From the IMG/VR virus record IMGVR_UViG_3300037155_000096: a stretch of DNA of 64,000 bases. One strand, written 5' to 3'. Of the stretch, positions 8,648-18,900 are shown piece after piece. How positions within the stretch are numbered: the stretch's first letter is position 1; each line of letters opens with the position of its first letter. The notes beneath the pieces were generated by a model. The model made no database searches and had not been told where the DNA came from. It was given only the letters and a program-made list of their open reading frames with translations. The translations under genes and the position numbers were made by a program. The stretch is from a virus.

Positions 8648-9177
8648 AAGATCAGACTCCTGTTCTCTGGAGAAACATATTCTTCCCCATAGGCTTCGAA
8701 TAATTCCTTTTCGCTGTTTACTATAATGCGTTGTCCCAACTCATCAAAGAATCCTGTGCGAGACAACCACTTGCCCTTGGCATTTATTTTAGTCATCAGA
8801 ACTTCATTATAATCACGGCTCCCGGTGATAAATTGAACCTTGTGCCACCAACCATTTTCCTCTGCAAAATAAAATTCTATTTTGTACCCAGCGGGCATGG
8901 TTATGCTGATTACATTGCCGCATGGCATAGTCTCCATTTTTGCGACGATATTATTTTCTTTCGCACTCGACATAATCTTGGTCAACACCTCCCTGTCTTT
9001 CTCCCAGATGACAATATCGCCGTCCCCGCAGGTCTCACATTTTCTTCTTATTGAGCCGACCACCAGATATTCTAACGCCGGAGTGCCCGTGTGTTCGGAA
9101 TACTCCTTAATCAAATCTTCTATGATTCTGCAGTGCGCTGCTGCTTCGGCAAGTGGAATTCTTGTTCCTCTTGACAT
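8644..9177 (-). CDS. Minimal DNA polymerase X-family nucleotidyltransferase
   Basis: VGSIRRKCETCGDGDIV, FITGSRDYN, SRTGFF and SEKELFEAYGEEYVSPENR match the PolX palm and thumb. No 8-kDa lyase or PHP domain. Confidence 0.85.
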   Translation of the reverse strand: MSRGTRIPLAEAAAHCRIIEDLIKEYSEHTGTPALEYLVVGSIRRKCETCGDGDIVIWEKDREVLTKIMSSAKENNIVAKMETMPCGNVISITMPAGYKIEFYFAEENGWWHKVQFITGSRDYNEVLMTKINAKGKWLSRTGFFDELGQRIIVNSEKELFEAYGEEYVSPENRSLIL

Positions 9178-9178
9178 C

Positions 9179-11377
9179 CTAAACCCCTACACCAACTGAC
9201 ATCAAGTTCCATTTACCTAAACTTGCAAACCATTCGAAAAGCATAGTCATATTCTTCCCAAGTGTTGTGGTCGTTGGCAGAGCGGTTCCAGCTTTTGCCA
9301 CATAATTAGTCCCAAAAGAAAGTGCCCGAGCAAACCCATTGTCCAATAATCGTATTTCCATGAGTTCCCCATCAGCAGGTATGCTATAAGAGTGATTGGC
9401 TATTGTCAATGGCTGTGACACCGCCGTTACATCGAATATATCGAATGTTGCAATCTCGGGCGTAAGACTCGCGCCTACACTATTCACAGTGTAGACTCTC
9501 GGCTGCTTTCTTTTATTTGTTAAAATATTCGTGCTTGAAATGGTCGGGACCACTATGCCACCCATCGTAATTGCATTAGTGCTTTCGATATCAGTAGCCC
9601 ATAATTTCGCTAACCTTGAGCCCGTCGCCCCTATGGTTTGCGGAGTTGCTTGAGAAACTAAAATTGCACCTGTCAGGGACGTTAAATATCCCGCGCTCGT
9701 CCAGGGCGTTCCGACTACCAGTGTTCCTGATGTCGAGGGTAACGTCAAGACAATGTCTGTTCCGGCGACCACGTTGGGCTGTAAGGATACATTCCCGGAT
9801 GTCGAACCCGCTAAACGAATCACACCTAATTTTGTGCCTGCCAGTCCTAAATCTAATAGTGCGCCCGGATTAGCGTTCCCTACGCCCAGATTACCACCAT
9901 TGAAAAACGAGCCGCCGCTTTTTGCTAACTTTATAAAATTAGTGCCGCCATCGGTCAGTGCAAAAAATGCTTCCAGAAAAGTATAATACGTAGCACCATC
10001 TCGACCGATATATAGCTGATCGTAGGCTGGCATTATGTCCCAGTAATGTGTGTCTGCGCTTTGTTCAAGTCTTAGACCGCCAGAACCATACGCCACGCTT
10101 CCTGCCTTAAAATGGAGCTTCCCTGTCGGGTTGCTTATACCGACTCCAATATTGCCGGTTGCTATGACATTACTTACATCAAGATCTGTTGCCCATAGTT
10201 TCGTTAAACGATTTGACGAGTTTCCTATGGTCTGTGGCGTAGTCTGAGCGGTTAATACGGCTCCTGCGAGGGAAGTCAGATAAACATTCGTATCTAATGC
10301 AAAAGTATTCGCACCCGTCATCTTTACAAATGATGTCGATGCGTATGTAAGTCCCGCCAATGAAGACAAACCCACCGAAACTGCTTGCCTGCCCGAGAGA
10401 TCTACTGTCAAGTGAGAAGCTGCTGTGCCCGCACCCGACAAAGGACTATCTACCACAACTCCTGTTAAATATGCACCCGTTCCCTGTTTCGTTGCCAACT
10501 GATCGTATAATAATTTTGCACTCGGATACTGAGCATCGGTGGAAGAGCCTGAAATCGAAGACACCTTCCTGGCGACATCTTCCGGAACATAAGTAATGTT
10601 CGAGTTAAGCGTATTCCAATTCGCAGCTGTCTGACCTGGGTTATTCGTATTGGCTATTATCGAGTCACCTATCTGGATTGCAGATCCGCCCAAAGTTCCG
10701 GCAGTGGAAATAACCCACATGTCGCCTTTCATAATTGCGCCAGCCACTCCTGAACCCGTGCTGGTCAGAGAAGTCGGATACGCATTCCCAGAGGCATTAT
10801 AACCGCTACGATAGTTGAGCAACCCGCCTATGAGATTATCTGCGTAATTTTTAATTGCTTTTACACTCGGGTACTTAGTATCGGAGCCACCATCCCCTGC
10901 TATATCTATTGACTTGTTGGAGAGATCTTCTTTCCCAGCGATATCACTCGCTAACAGATAAGAGCCGGCATTTTGTTTTCCATTCCAGTTTGATTTATCC
11001 GCGTCTGTTACCAGCCCATGTGTTGAGTCCGCCGTTAATTGAGACAGTGCAGTCGGCAATGTCTGATCTCCAGTGTTGCTACCGCTCAAAGTGGTTATAC
11101 CGAGCTTGCCCTTAATTGATTCTGTGGTTTCAACGTTTGCGGATATTCTGTCGTCAACTTTCTGATCAGTATAATACTTATGAGTCTCACCTTCAGTGAT
11201 GTCATCAGTATTCAGACCGTTGACCAAAATAAGGGAGTCGGCTGTGATACTACCGGATACGTTGAGATTGGCTTCAAGGAGAACGCTTTCTCCCACCATA
11301 TACATGAGTGCCGAGTTCGCATTATCCACGCTATAAAATTTTAGATGATTTCCATCGAATAATGAAACGGGCTTCAT
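9179..11377 (-). CDS. Tail fibre protein
   Basis: Ser/Thr/Gly-rich, GNIGVG/GNLGVG beta-repeats, internal 40-aa duplication, fibre-type C-terminal domain. Confidence 0.75.
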   Translation of the reverse strand: MKPVSLFDGNHLKFYSVDNANSALMYMVGESVLLEANLNVSGSITADSLILVNGLNTDDITEGETHKYYTDQKVDDRISANVETTESIKGKLGITTLSGSNTGDQTLPTALSQLTADSTHGLVTDADKSNWNGKQNAGSYLLASDIAGKEDLSNKSIDIAGDGGSDTKYPSVKAIKNYADNLIGGLLNYRSGYNASGNAYPTSLTSTGSGVAGAIMKGDMWVISTAGTLGGSAIQIGDSIIANTNNPGQTAANWNTLNSNITYVPEDVARKVSSISGSSTDAQYPSAKLLYDQLATKQGTGAYLTGVVVDSPLSGAGTAASHLTVDLSGRQAVSVGLSSLAGLTYASTSFVKMTGANTFALDTNVYLTSLAGAVLTAQTTPQTIGNSSNRLTKLWATDLDVSNVIATGNIGVGISNPTGKLHFKAGSVAYGSGGLRLEQSADTHYWDIMPAYDQLYIGRDGATYYTFLEAFFALTDGGTNFIKLAKSGGSFFNGGNLGVGNANPGALLDLGLAGTKLGVIRLAGSTSGNVSLQPNVVAGTDIVLTLPSTSGTLVVGTPWTSAGYLTSLTGAILVSQATPQTIGATGSRLAKLWATDIESTNAITMGGIVVPTISSTNILTNKRKQPRVYTVNSVGASLTPEIATFDIFDVTAVSQPLTIANHSYSIPADGELMEIRLLDNGFARALSFGTNYVAKAGTALPTTTTLGKNMTMLFEWFASLGKWNLMSVGVGV

Positions 11378-11395
11378 GTGCTTCCTCTTTATAAA

Positions 11396-11430
11396 TTAAA
11401 AGCCGGTCCGCTGGGGGAAGACAGACCGGC
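11396..11430 (-). terminator. Rho-independent terminator
   Basis: Minus strand GCCGGTC...GACCGGC stem followed by TTTT, just after the 11447..12001 stop. Confidence 0.65.
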
Positions 11431-11446
11431 ACTCATACAAGACGGC

Positions 11447-12001
11447 TTATTCAGCCACCTCGCTTTGAACTTCTTCTAATACTTCCGGAATAGGAACTAC
11501 CGGCACCACTTCAGGTAAAACCGGTTCTACCTTATCGAAAGTCACCGAAATTTTCTTTCTTTCTTTAGGTTCGGCCTCGGTATCACTCTGATCGAGGAAA
11601 TTACCAAGCTGGAAGAAGTCATCAGTGTCGAGTTCCGTTATTCCTTCGAGATCCTCTACTGTGAACGGAAAAATGTTTGAAAGCTCTATGTCATTACCGA
11701 CCAGCTCTTTCATATACTTCTGCCATTTTTCGTGGTCTATGATGTCATAGCTACCTATACCGACTTCTTGAGGTGCTTCGCCCTCTTTCACAACCTTCAA
11801 TTCGGTTTTTTCTTTACCGACTAATTCAAGGATCTTTTTCTTTTCCGTGTAATAGTCAACCAAGTCTGGCTGAATTTTCTTTATGATTCTTCCCAGCTTG
11901 TAAGTCGCCTTAAACGAAAGTTTGTGCTCCTTGCTGAGTAAATCCAATTTTGTTAAGGCTACTTCCGCCTCAATGAGTGCGCCCAGTTTCATCCTGATCA
12001 T
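11447..12001 (-). CDS. Hypothetical tail-module protein (possible fibre assembly factor)
   Basis: 184 aa with an AGGAG RBS, between fibre genes. Confidence 0.6.
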   Translation of the reverse strand: MIRMKLGALIEAEVALTKLDLLSKEHKLSFKATYKLGRIIKKIQPDLVDYYTEKKKILELVGKEKTELKVVKEGEAPQEVGIGSYDIIDHEKWQKYMKELVGNDIELSNIFPFTVEDLEGITELDTDDFFQLGNFLDQSDTEAEPKERKKISVTFDKVEPVLPEVVPVVPIPEVLEEVQSEVAE

Positions 12002-12145
12002 CGTATCATCTCCTAAGTTTTTCTTGTATGAGTTGCGCCAGAAACCTATCCGGCATTTATTATCGTAGACGACAAGTTAGAAACTGAAGATGTCCGTTAC
12101 AACGCAGGACGGCCATATTAAGTGCCAATAAGGACAGTTGGGAAG

Positions 12146-12853
12146 CTAAATGCCGAAAAACGGGGCGTAGGTTTTGGGAACTGCAGAATATGTCATGACG
12201 AGCTTTATCCTGGTCGCTTTTAACTGAATGATTTCTCCCAGCGTGGCTGGAATAAGCATGTTCAGTTTCAGATGGATCTTCCTATCGGAATACTGTGCCG
12301 CACTCGGTACGCTGATAGCGCTTCCCATAGCATGCTTCCATCCTGATGCTGGATCGCCAAGTGTCAATATGCTCGGCTCGTTCTTCCAGGCATTGCCGCT
12401 TGTTCTTACCCTTGTCGGATGCTGCACGGCGACCAAATCCGTGGTAGACGTTCCCTTGACTAACTGAAGCGGACCAATTCCCGTTTCGGAAGCATTAAAA
12501 TACAATACGCTAAGCTTACCCCTCTTATGCATATACCATCTGCCGTAAAAGGACGCAGTAACGGAAGTTACTTTGGAGCCGAAAGGCACTCCAAGATCCT
12601 CCCATATACCCTTCCACTCCCAAGATGGACTGGTACTTACTGCCGAGCCATGAGCCCCATTCTTGCCGTGCGCCGCCAGAGTTCCGTACCAGATGCCTGA
12701 ACCTTCGCCAGAACCCGGATGATCGGTTCTATGCGCTACTTTTCCCCTTCCGCTGCTTCTTTTCTTATACTCCAAGCCTATACCTTCGGTGGCATTGCCC
12801 GTCCACCCTTCGGCGTTCGCTGTAAAAAGAAACAATTTCGTTTGTGTTGACAT
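12146..12853 (-). CDS. Hypothetical virion protein
   Basis: 235 aa, Gly/Trp-rich and beta-like, in the tail module. Confidence 0.6.
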   Translation of the reverse strand: MSTQTKLFLFTANAEGWTGNATEGIGLEYKKRSSGRGKVAHRTDHPGSGEGSGIWYGTLAAHGKNGAHGSAVSTSPSWEWKGIWEDLGVPFGSKVTSVTASFYGRWYMHKRGKLSVLYFNASETGIGPLQLVKGTSTTDLVAVQHPTRVRTSGNAWKNEPSILTLGDPASGWKHAMGSAISVPSAAQYSDRKIHLKLNMLIPATLGEIIQLKATRIKLVMTYSAVPKTYAPFFGI

Positions 12854-12865
12854 AATTTAATCTCA

Positions 12866-12931
12866 TCAGGCAGTGTCCCTAACACGCGGTTCTACCGTGT
12901 TACACGGACCGCGGGTTGGGGACATTCCTGA
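12866..12931. other. Long imperfect hairpin (66 nt) filling the intergenic gap
   Basis: Nested pairings on the minus strand: TCAGG/CCTGA, TGTCCC..AAC/GTT..GGGACA, CGCGGT/ACCGCG, CCGTG-TAA-CACGG. Confidence 0.8.
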
Positions 12932-12932
12932 G

Positions 12933-15900
12933 TTAATTCACCGTATAATAACCTAAATAATTCGTTCCGTCGTATATGAACGAGCATGAGAGATTCCCAC
13001 TACTTCCATCAGGCGCTATTCCCCCCGCCCACCTAATGTTGCTTGGAAACGTGATAGCGTCTATTGATTCAGAGGCCGTGAATAGCAGGATATATCCAGC
13101 GCCCACCAAGGGGTTCTTAAACGTCAGCGAATACGTCATTCCGTCTGACGCATTAGTTATTCGCTGTTTGTTACCATTATTCCAGTCTACGATTGACGTT
13201 CCTGTGCCCATTTCGTACAGACCATCAGCATGCTGTCCTTTGAATATCACCGTTTTGGTGAACACTGCGCATACTTCCGGCTGAACATCCGTGAAGTAAT
13301 TCGAGCCCCGAGACGTTATAAACATACCTGTGTTCGTAGTGTCGATGTACTTCGAATAGTCACCATCCTCATATATGTATACTCTATATACAGAAGCTCC
13401 CGCCACAGCACCCCAACTTATATGAGCACCATGAGGGTACATGCCGAAGTTATAATTAACGCTTCCGGAAACTACTCCCCACTGACCATCTGCCGACTTC
13501 GCCTGAACCTTAATATGACCTGTCGCAAAGTTTCCCGAACCCTCTGCACCATCCGATACAATGGCTACTCCCGCCGGGGCATCCATCGAGACCACTGTAA
13601 GTCCTCTGGGCAACAAGGACGTCGTGGTAATCGCTGCATTTGTCCCCAAATTCATGGCTCCTTCGATAGCGCCGCTACTCATAAATCTTAGATCGTTTAG
13701 TCCCACGGGATTCCAGGATCTGTCATTTGTAGAACCGATAAGAATTCTCGCTCCTGCAGTTCCCGTCCACGCATCCGTCCCTATGTTAAGAATAGTATCA
13801 CCGTCTGCCCATATGTTAAACTTAACCGCCGTTCCGACCAAGAAACTAATTGCGGATGAATTCGACCAGCTCGAGCCAGCATATAACGATACGTTATTAC
13901 CTGTCATCTTTATCCTTGCACCACTACTGGCCGTCTGTATTGTTCCGCCCGTTATCGTAGCCGTCGAGGTTATACTTCCGGCAAGGTTCAAGATTCCAGT
14001 GTTGCCGTTGTAAAACAAATTTGTTCCGGTGGCACTTCCAATAAAAGCTCCGAAGGCATTATTCGATGGATCTTGACCGATGTAGAAGCCAGCTCCTAAA
14101 ACTACATTTGCAGAAATAGCCGCTGTGCCACCCTTGACGTATAGGTTGCTCGTTAAGTTCGAAAACTCAAGCAATGTTGCACCCGAGCCTGTCGATAACG
14201 TATGCGCTCCAAGGGCAAATCCACCTATCGCTCCTGCTGTAGCCGTTACACCACTGGCATTTATCGAATAATTCGTTCCCGACAATCCAGATGAATTCAG
14301 CGTGACATTACCTGCTATCAGAGAACCACCGCTGAGGGTGATACTACTTCCCGTTACTGATATTGCGCCGCTGAAAGCAGATGCACTTGTAACATTAAGA
14401 GAACCATTTACATTAGCTCCCGTTAGGGTTGCCACTCCGCTTGTACTTACACTGAAATTCGTACTTGTTATCCCAGAGGCATTGAACGTAATGCCTCCGA
14501 TGGTACCGGATGCACCTGTTATGCTTCCCGTGAACGTGCCAGATGCGCCTGATATGTCACCCCTGAACTTAGCGTTACCACTGCTGTCGATGTAGAAGTT
14601 CTTTGCTGAAATCCATCCAGACGAATTTAATATTACGCCTGCCGTTGTGTAAGCACCATCAGATCCACCTGCTAAGTTGCTTGACCATATTGACTGGTAG
14701 CTAAATGCGAAGCCAGCTAAACGGTTATACGAATGATCTCCTACTGCAGTACTCACTGTATCTGAACTTAATGCGAAGAATTCATTTCCGTTATGGTCCA
14801 TCATCTGAAGACCATAATAACCGGTTTTAACCGAGGTTGCACTTGCAGCCAGTTCTCCTAAAACCAGATGTCCCGCATTATTACTCTGTCTCCATACCTG
14901 AACTATTCCTTTCAGTATGATCTCCTGACCATAAATCGTTCCTGTCCCTGTCGTATTCGCATTATTGAAATACATCGTATTGCCGGTGTTACCAGCAGTA
15001 ACTCCATTGCGCAACATAGACGTAGTGAAATCCCAGCCCGCAATAACAGCTTTCTTGACATTGTTCAAATAGCTGAACTCGATAAACGGACTTGCATTAT
15101 TGTAATCAAATATCCCGAACCCATGCTTTCTCGTCGTCGGAGTAGAGCCGAACGTCCAGTTATTAGAGCCGTCCTTAGCAATCGGTAGTTCGCCGAAATA
15201 CATATTATATGAAACAACGCCTGTATCCACCGAGAGAGAAAGTCCCGCACTATAAATATTCTGACCATAACCAGTTCCGCCGTGTTCGTTCGCGAGCGAC
15301 ACATAGCCCGCTCCAACTCCAAGTGCAAGCGACTTATAGATTCTGCTCGCATCGATTGTCCAGCCCGCCGCCGTTACTGTTGTGCCTGACCAAGTCAGAA
15401 AGTTACTAGCTCCGAGCCATCCCGAATTTCCTGTTATCTGGGCATAATTCGATACCAACGTAACCGTACCATCACTTGCGTATGAGATTCTATTGCCCGC
15501 CGTTGTACCTGCCCTAAAGTTTCCGCCACCGTCTAACCACAAACCTGTTCCTGTGCCGAAAGCTGTTGCTGAGCCAAGCGCTATCGAACCAGTTGACGCG
15601 CTTGAGATTACAATCGTCGATGTGGACAAATTAAACGTGCTCGCTTTCATGCTGAGTGCGCCGGACACGTATTTCAAGTAAGACGCATCTGAAGCAGTCC
15701 CGACATAGAAATCAGTTCCATTTATCCATAAGCCCGCATTGGTCGTATCGGAGGCTACGGTTTTCCCACTTGCCAAAGTAAAACTTGACGTTTTAATAGA
15801 CACGACACCTGTGCTGATAAATTTAAGATATGAATTTGCATCCCCGGCATAGAATTCCGTTACACCCGAGTTCCTGGCAATCCAGAATCCCGCTGTGGTA

Positions 15901-18900
15901 TCTGAATACGAGGTCTTACCTGTACTTATACTTGCTAAATTGGTATCTCCATAAAGCTGGATCTTGCTACCGGCCGTCGGACCTACCGTAACAACTGAAC
16001 ACGTTGCTGAAACACCGCCGTCCAATACTATTGCACCTGCCGCTAAAGAAATTTTCTTACTTACAGAGTCAATGACCAGATCATCCGTGTTGGCGATCAG
16101 ACTAAATACACTGGCTTTAATAGTCGTAGCTATCGGCGTAACTTTTATGAAGTCCGTTCCTGACGACGTGGCCATGCCCGCCCTGAAATTACCATTGCCA
16201 TCTGCATAAATCCCTACTCCGGCATCAACTGAAGCGGCTGAACCGATTAGTATAGTCCCCGTTGACAAACCAGACAACGAAATGGAAGAACCTACGAAGA
16301 TTCGTGTGTCGGCAGCATCAATCTTAATTGTATCCACAGCAGCTGTCTGAGCTGCCGTCGATATGAAAACCTTGCTTGCCGATGACAGAGTGGCTGTATC
16401 AAAGTCCCATCCCGCTAAACTTGCTGTACCATTTAATCTAAGTGCAAAAGATTCACCACCACCTGACGTGTAGCCAAACAATCCTGATGTCAGGGGAACG
16501 CCTGTATTCGTGAGCTTTAACGCAGAGACTGCTGTTCCCGTGATATTCCCTATCATGATTGAACCGTCCGCCAAACCGATAGTATGCTCTGCGCTTCTTA
16601 TTCTCAATCCATAATCTGCTATCGACACGACCGGGTTCTGCATCGTACCGCCTATGCCGCCGGCGCATACCCACATTCCGTATTCCTCATCATTCTCTGT
16701 GATTTCTTTAAGAGACGCTTCATCTATCTCAAGCCATGAACCAGCAAACGAAGTTAAGCATACTCCCATGAAGAACCCTGGACTTGTCGCAATGAACGTG
16801 CCGGTTGCACTTTGGCAACTACCAGTATTCACCGGATAGTTGACATATACTGCACCTCCCTGTGCTTGAATACACATTGGATAGGACGACCTGTATTTCA
16901 TTGAAAACGAGTATTTCTTGCCTACCGTTAGTTGGTTCGTCGGACCATTCATTATGCCCCACCAGCCTCCTGCTCCGCCTGAAGTGCTGGTATCAAGATG
17001 AACCCTTTGCGCATTTCCGGTAAAACCATTACCTGACGTGAGACTATAGGTGACAGTAAATTTTGCGCTATCGTATGTAGCTACAAATCCATCAGCCAGT
17101 CCTGGCGTCACGTTAGTACTATGCACCCAGTCTGTGCCATTCGTAATTAGCTCGGGACCATAAGTTATTGCACTACCTGCATCGGTCGGCTGAAACTGTG
17201 ACGGGATTTTCTGTATCGTTCCGGTTATATCTTCGACCTGAAAACCGCAGGAATAAACGCTGAGCGGTAGAATCGCATCTTCATATAAAATCGCTCTATT
17301 CTGGTAAATACCAGTATCCGAGGACGAAGCGAAGTATGTTCTATAAAATCTCTTCCACTCAGTAGTGATCGAAAGCGGAGTGGTGCCTGACTTGTAAACG
17401 TTGTCGGCGATTCTATTCAGTCCCAGCATCTGCCCATCTGTATCAGTATATGCACTCGACGCTTTAAGCCAGCAACTTATAAGATACGTTCTGCCCGAAT
17501 AAATCTGGATGCCTGGTGAGGAATCAAGATAAATTCCGCCTGTTCCGCCCGTAGTTTTATTTAACACCTTATAAGGCAGATCCGAGTAGCCGCCATTAGC
17601 ATAACAGACTGCGGTTCCTGTGTCACCACCCCAGCCGAATCCCGTTGACGGATCACATGTATAAACCGTACCATAAACGTGGTTCGAATAATCTGAATAA
17701 GGGGCGAGATTTCTCGTAATCCTTCCCGCCATGAAAGTATTACCTACGCCCCTGATGTCTCCCGCTGTCAACGTACCGGATATACTTACATTTTTTTCCG
17801 CAAAGAGATTTTGCGTCCATAGACCATAGTCCTTCAAGGCTCCAAATACAGGGGACGTTAAACCCGCCAGATTTCCCAATCTTGACTGTACGGTGGGACT
17901 CATTAGCGTATTCCACTCTTCATCATAATCGTAATCCCAAGTCACTATCTGGGAATAAGGACTATTGCTACCATTATTACCATCGATGGCTGACACTTCA
18001 TAATAACCGTTTCCCGCGGCACCATAGTCAAGAGCCAGCGAACCCTTCATAAACGTTATTGCAGATGTGGGGTACTGGAACGGTTGAAAAAGATATGTCT
18101 GCGTCCAGGGTTTCGGATCTGCGCCACTTCCATATCTGCTATCGAAGAATACCCACCCATACATATCGGTGACATTCAATCCGCCACTTATCCGCGACTG
18201 GACTCTGAATCTGACCACATCATTGTCTTCAAAAACATTTCCTATAAAGCCGTCGAACTCTTCCACAGTGACGTAATAATCGCCCCAACCATCATCTCCA
18301 TCTCCAGGAACATAGACAAAATTAACAGCTAGTTTCGCGACTGATTTGCATATCATTTGTTCGCCTGCCAATGTCTGCTCTAAATCGGCGATAAAACTTT
18401 TGACGTGCAACTGATCAGCATAAATCGACCTGAAATCGGCATCACCATGCTGGGTTATGCGATAACCCGTTGTCTGGGAAGCGAAATCATTCTTGCTAAT
18501 TCCGCCACAATTTGTTAACGCTGAGTCTGCGGTACTCTTAATCGTTACGATGCCCGCACTACTAATGGTCAGCAACTGGTCGGTATCATTCGCCGCACCT
18601 ATATAAAAATCACTGCTATGCAGACCAATACGCCACATCCAGCCGCCTGTATCGGTGTTATACAGTCTTATGTATGGAACCGCTGAAGTGCCTGTCGCTT
18701 GTGATACTCTAAGATCTCCATTGACATCCAGCTTAGAGCCCGGATTCCTGCCAATACCGACATTGCCAGTATTATCTATTGATATCCTTGCCACACCAGC
18801 TGTCTCATCATTTATCGTGTAATACGAGGCGGTCGGATACATTGACCAGTTATGCCCTGACGTATTGTCCATACGGATTGCAGATGCCCACCCACCATTT

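Noticed and set aside
7010-12105. Shared 9-mer GTTACAACG in two intergenic regions (~7011 and ~12096)
   Set aside because: Too short, only two copies, and no consistent flanking promoter element.
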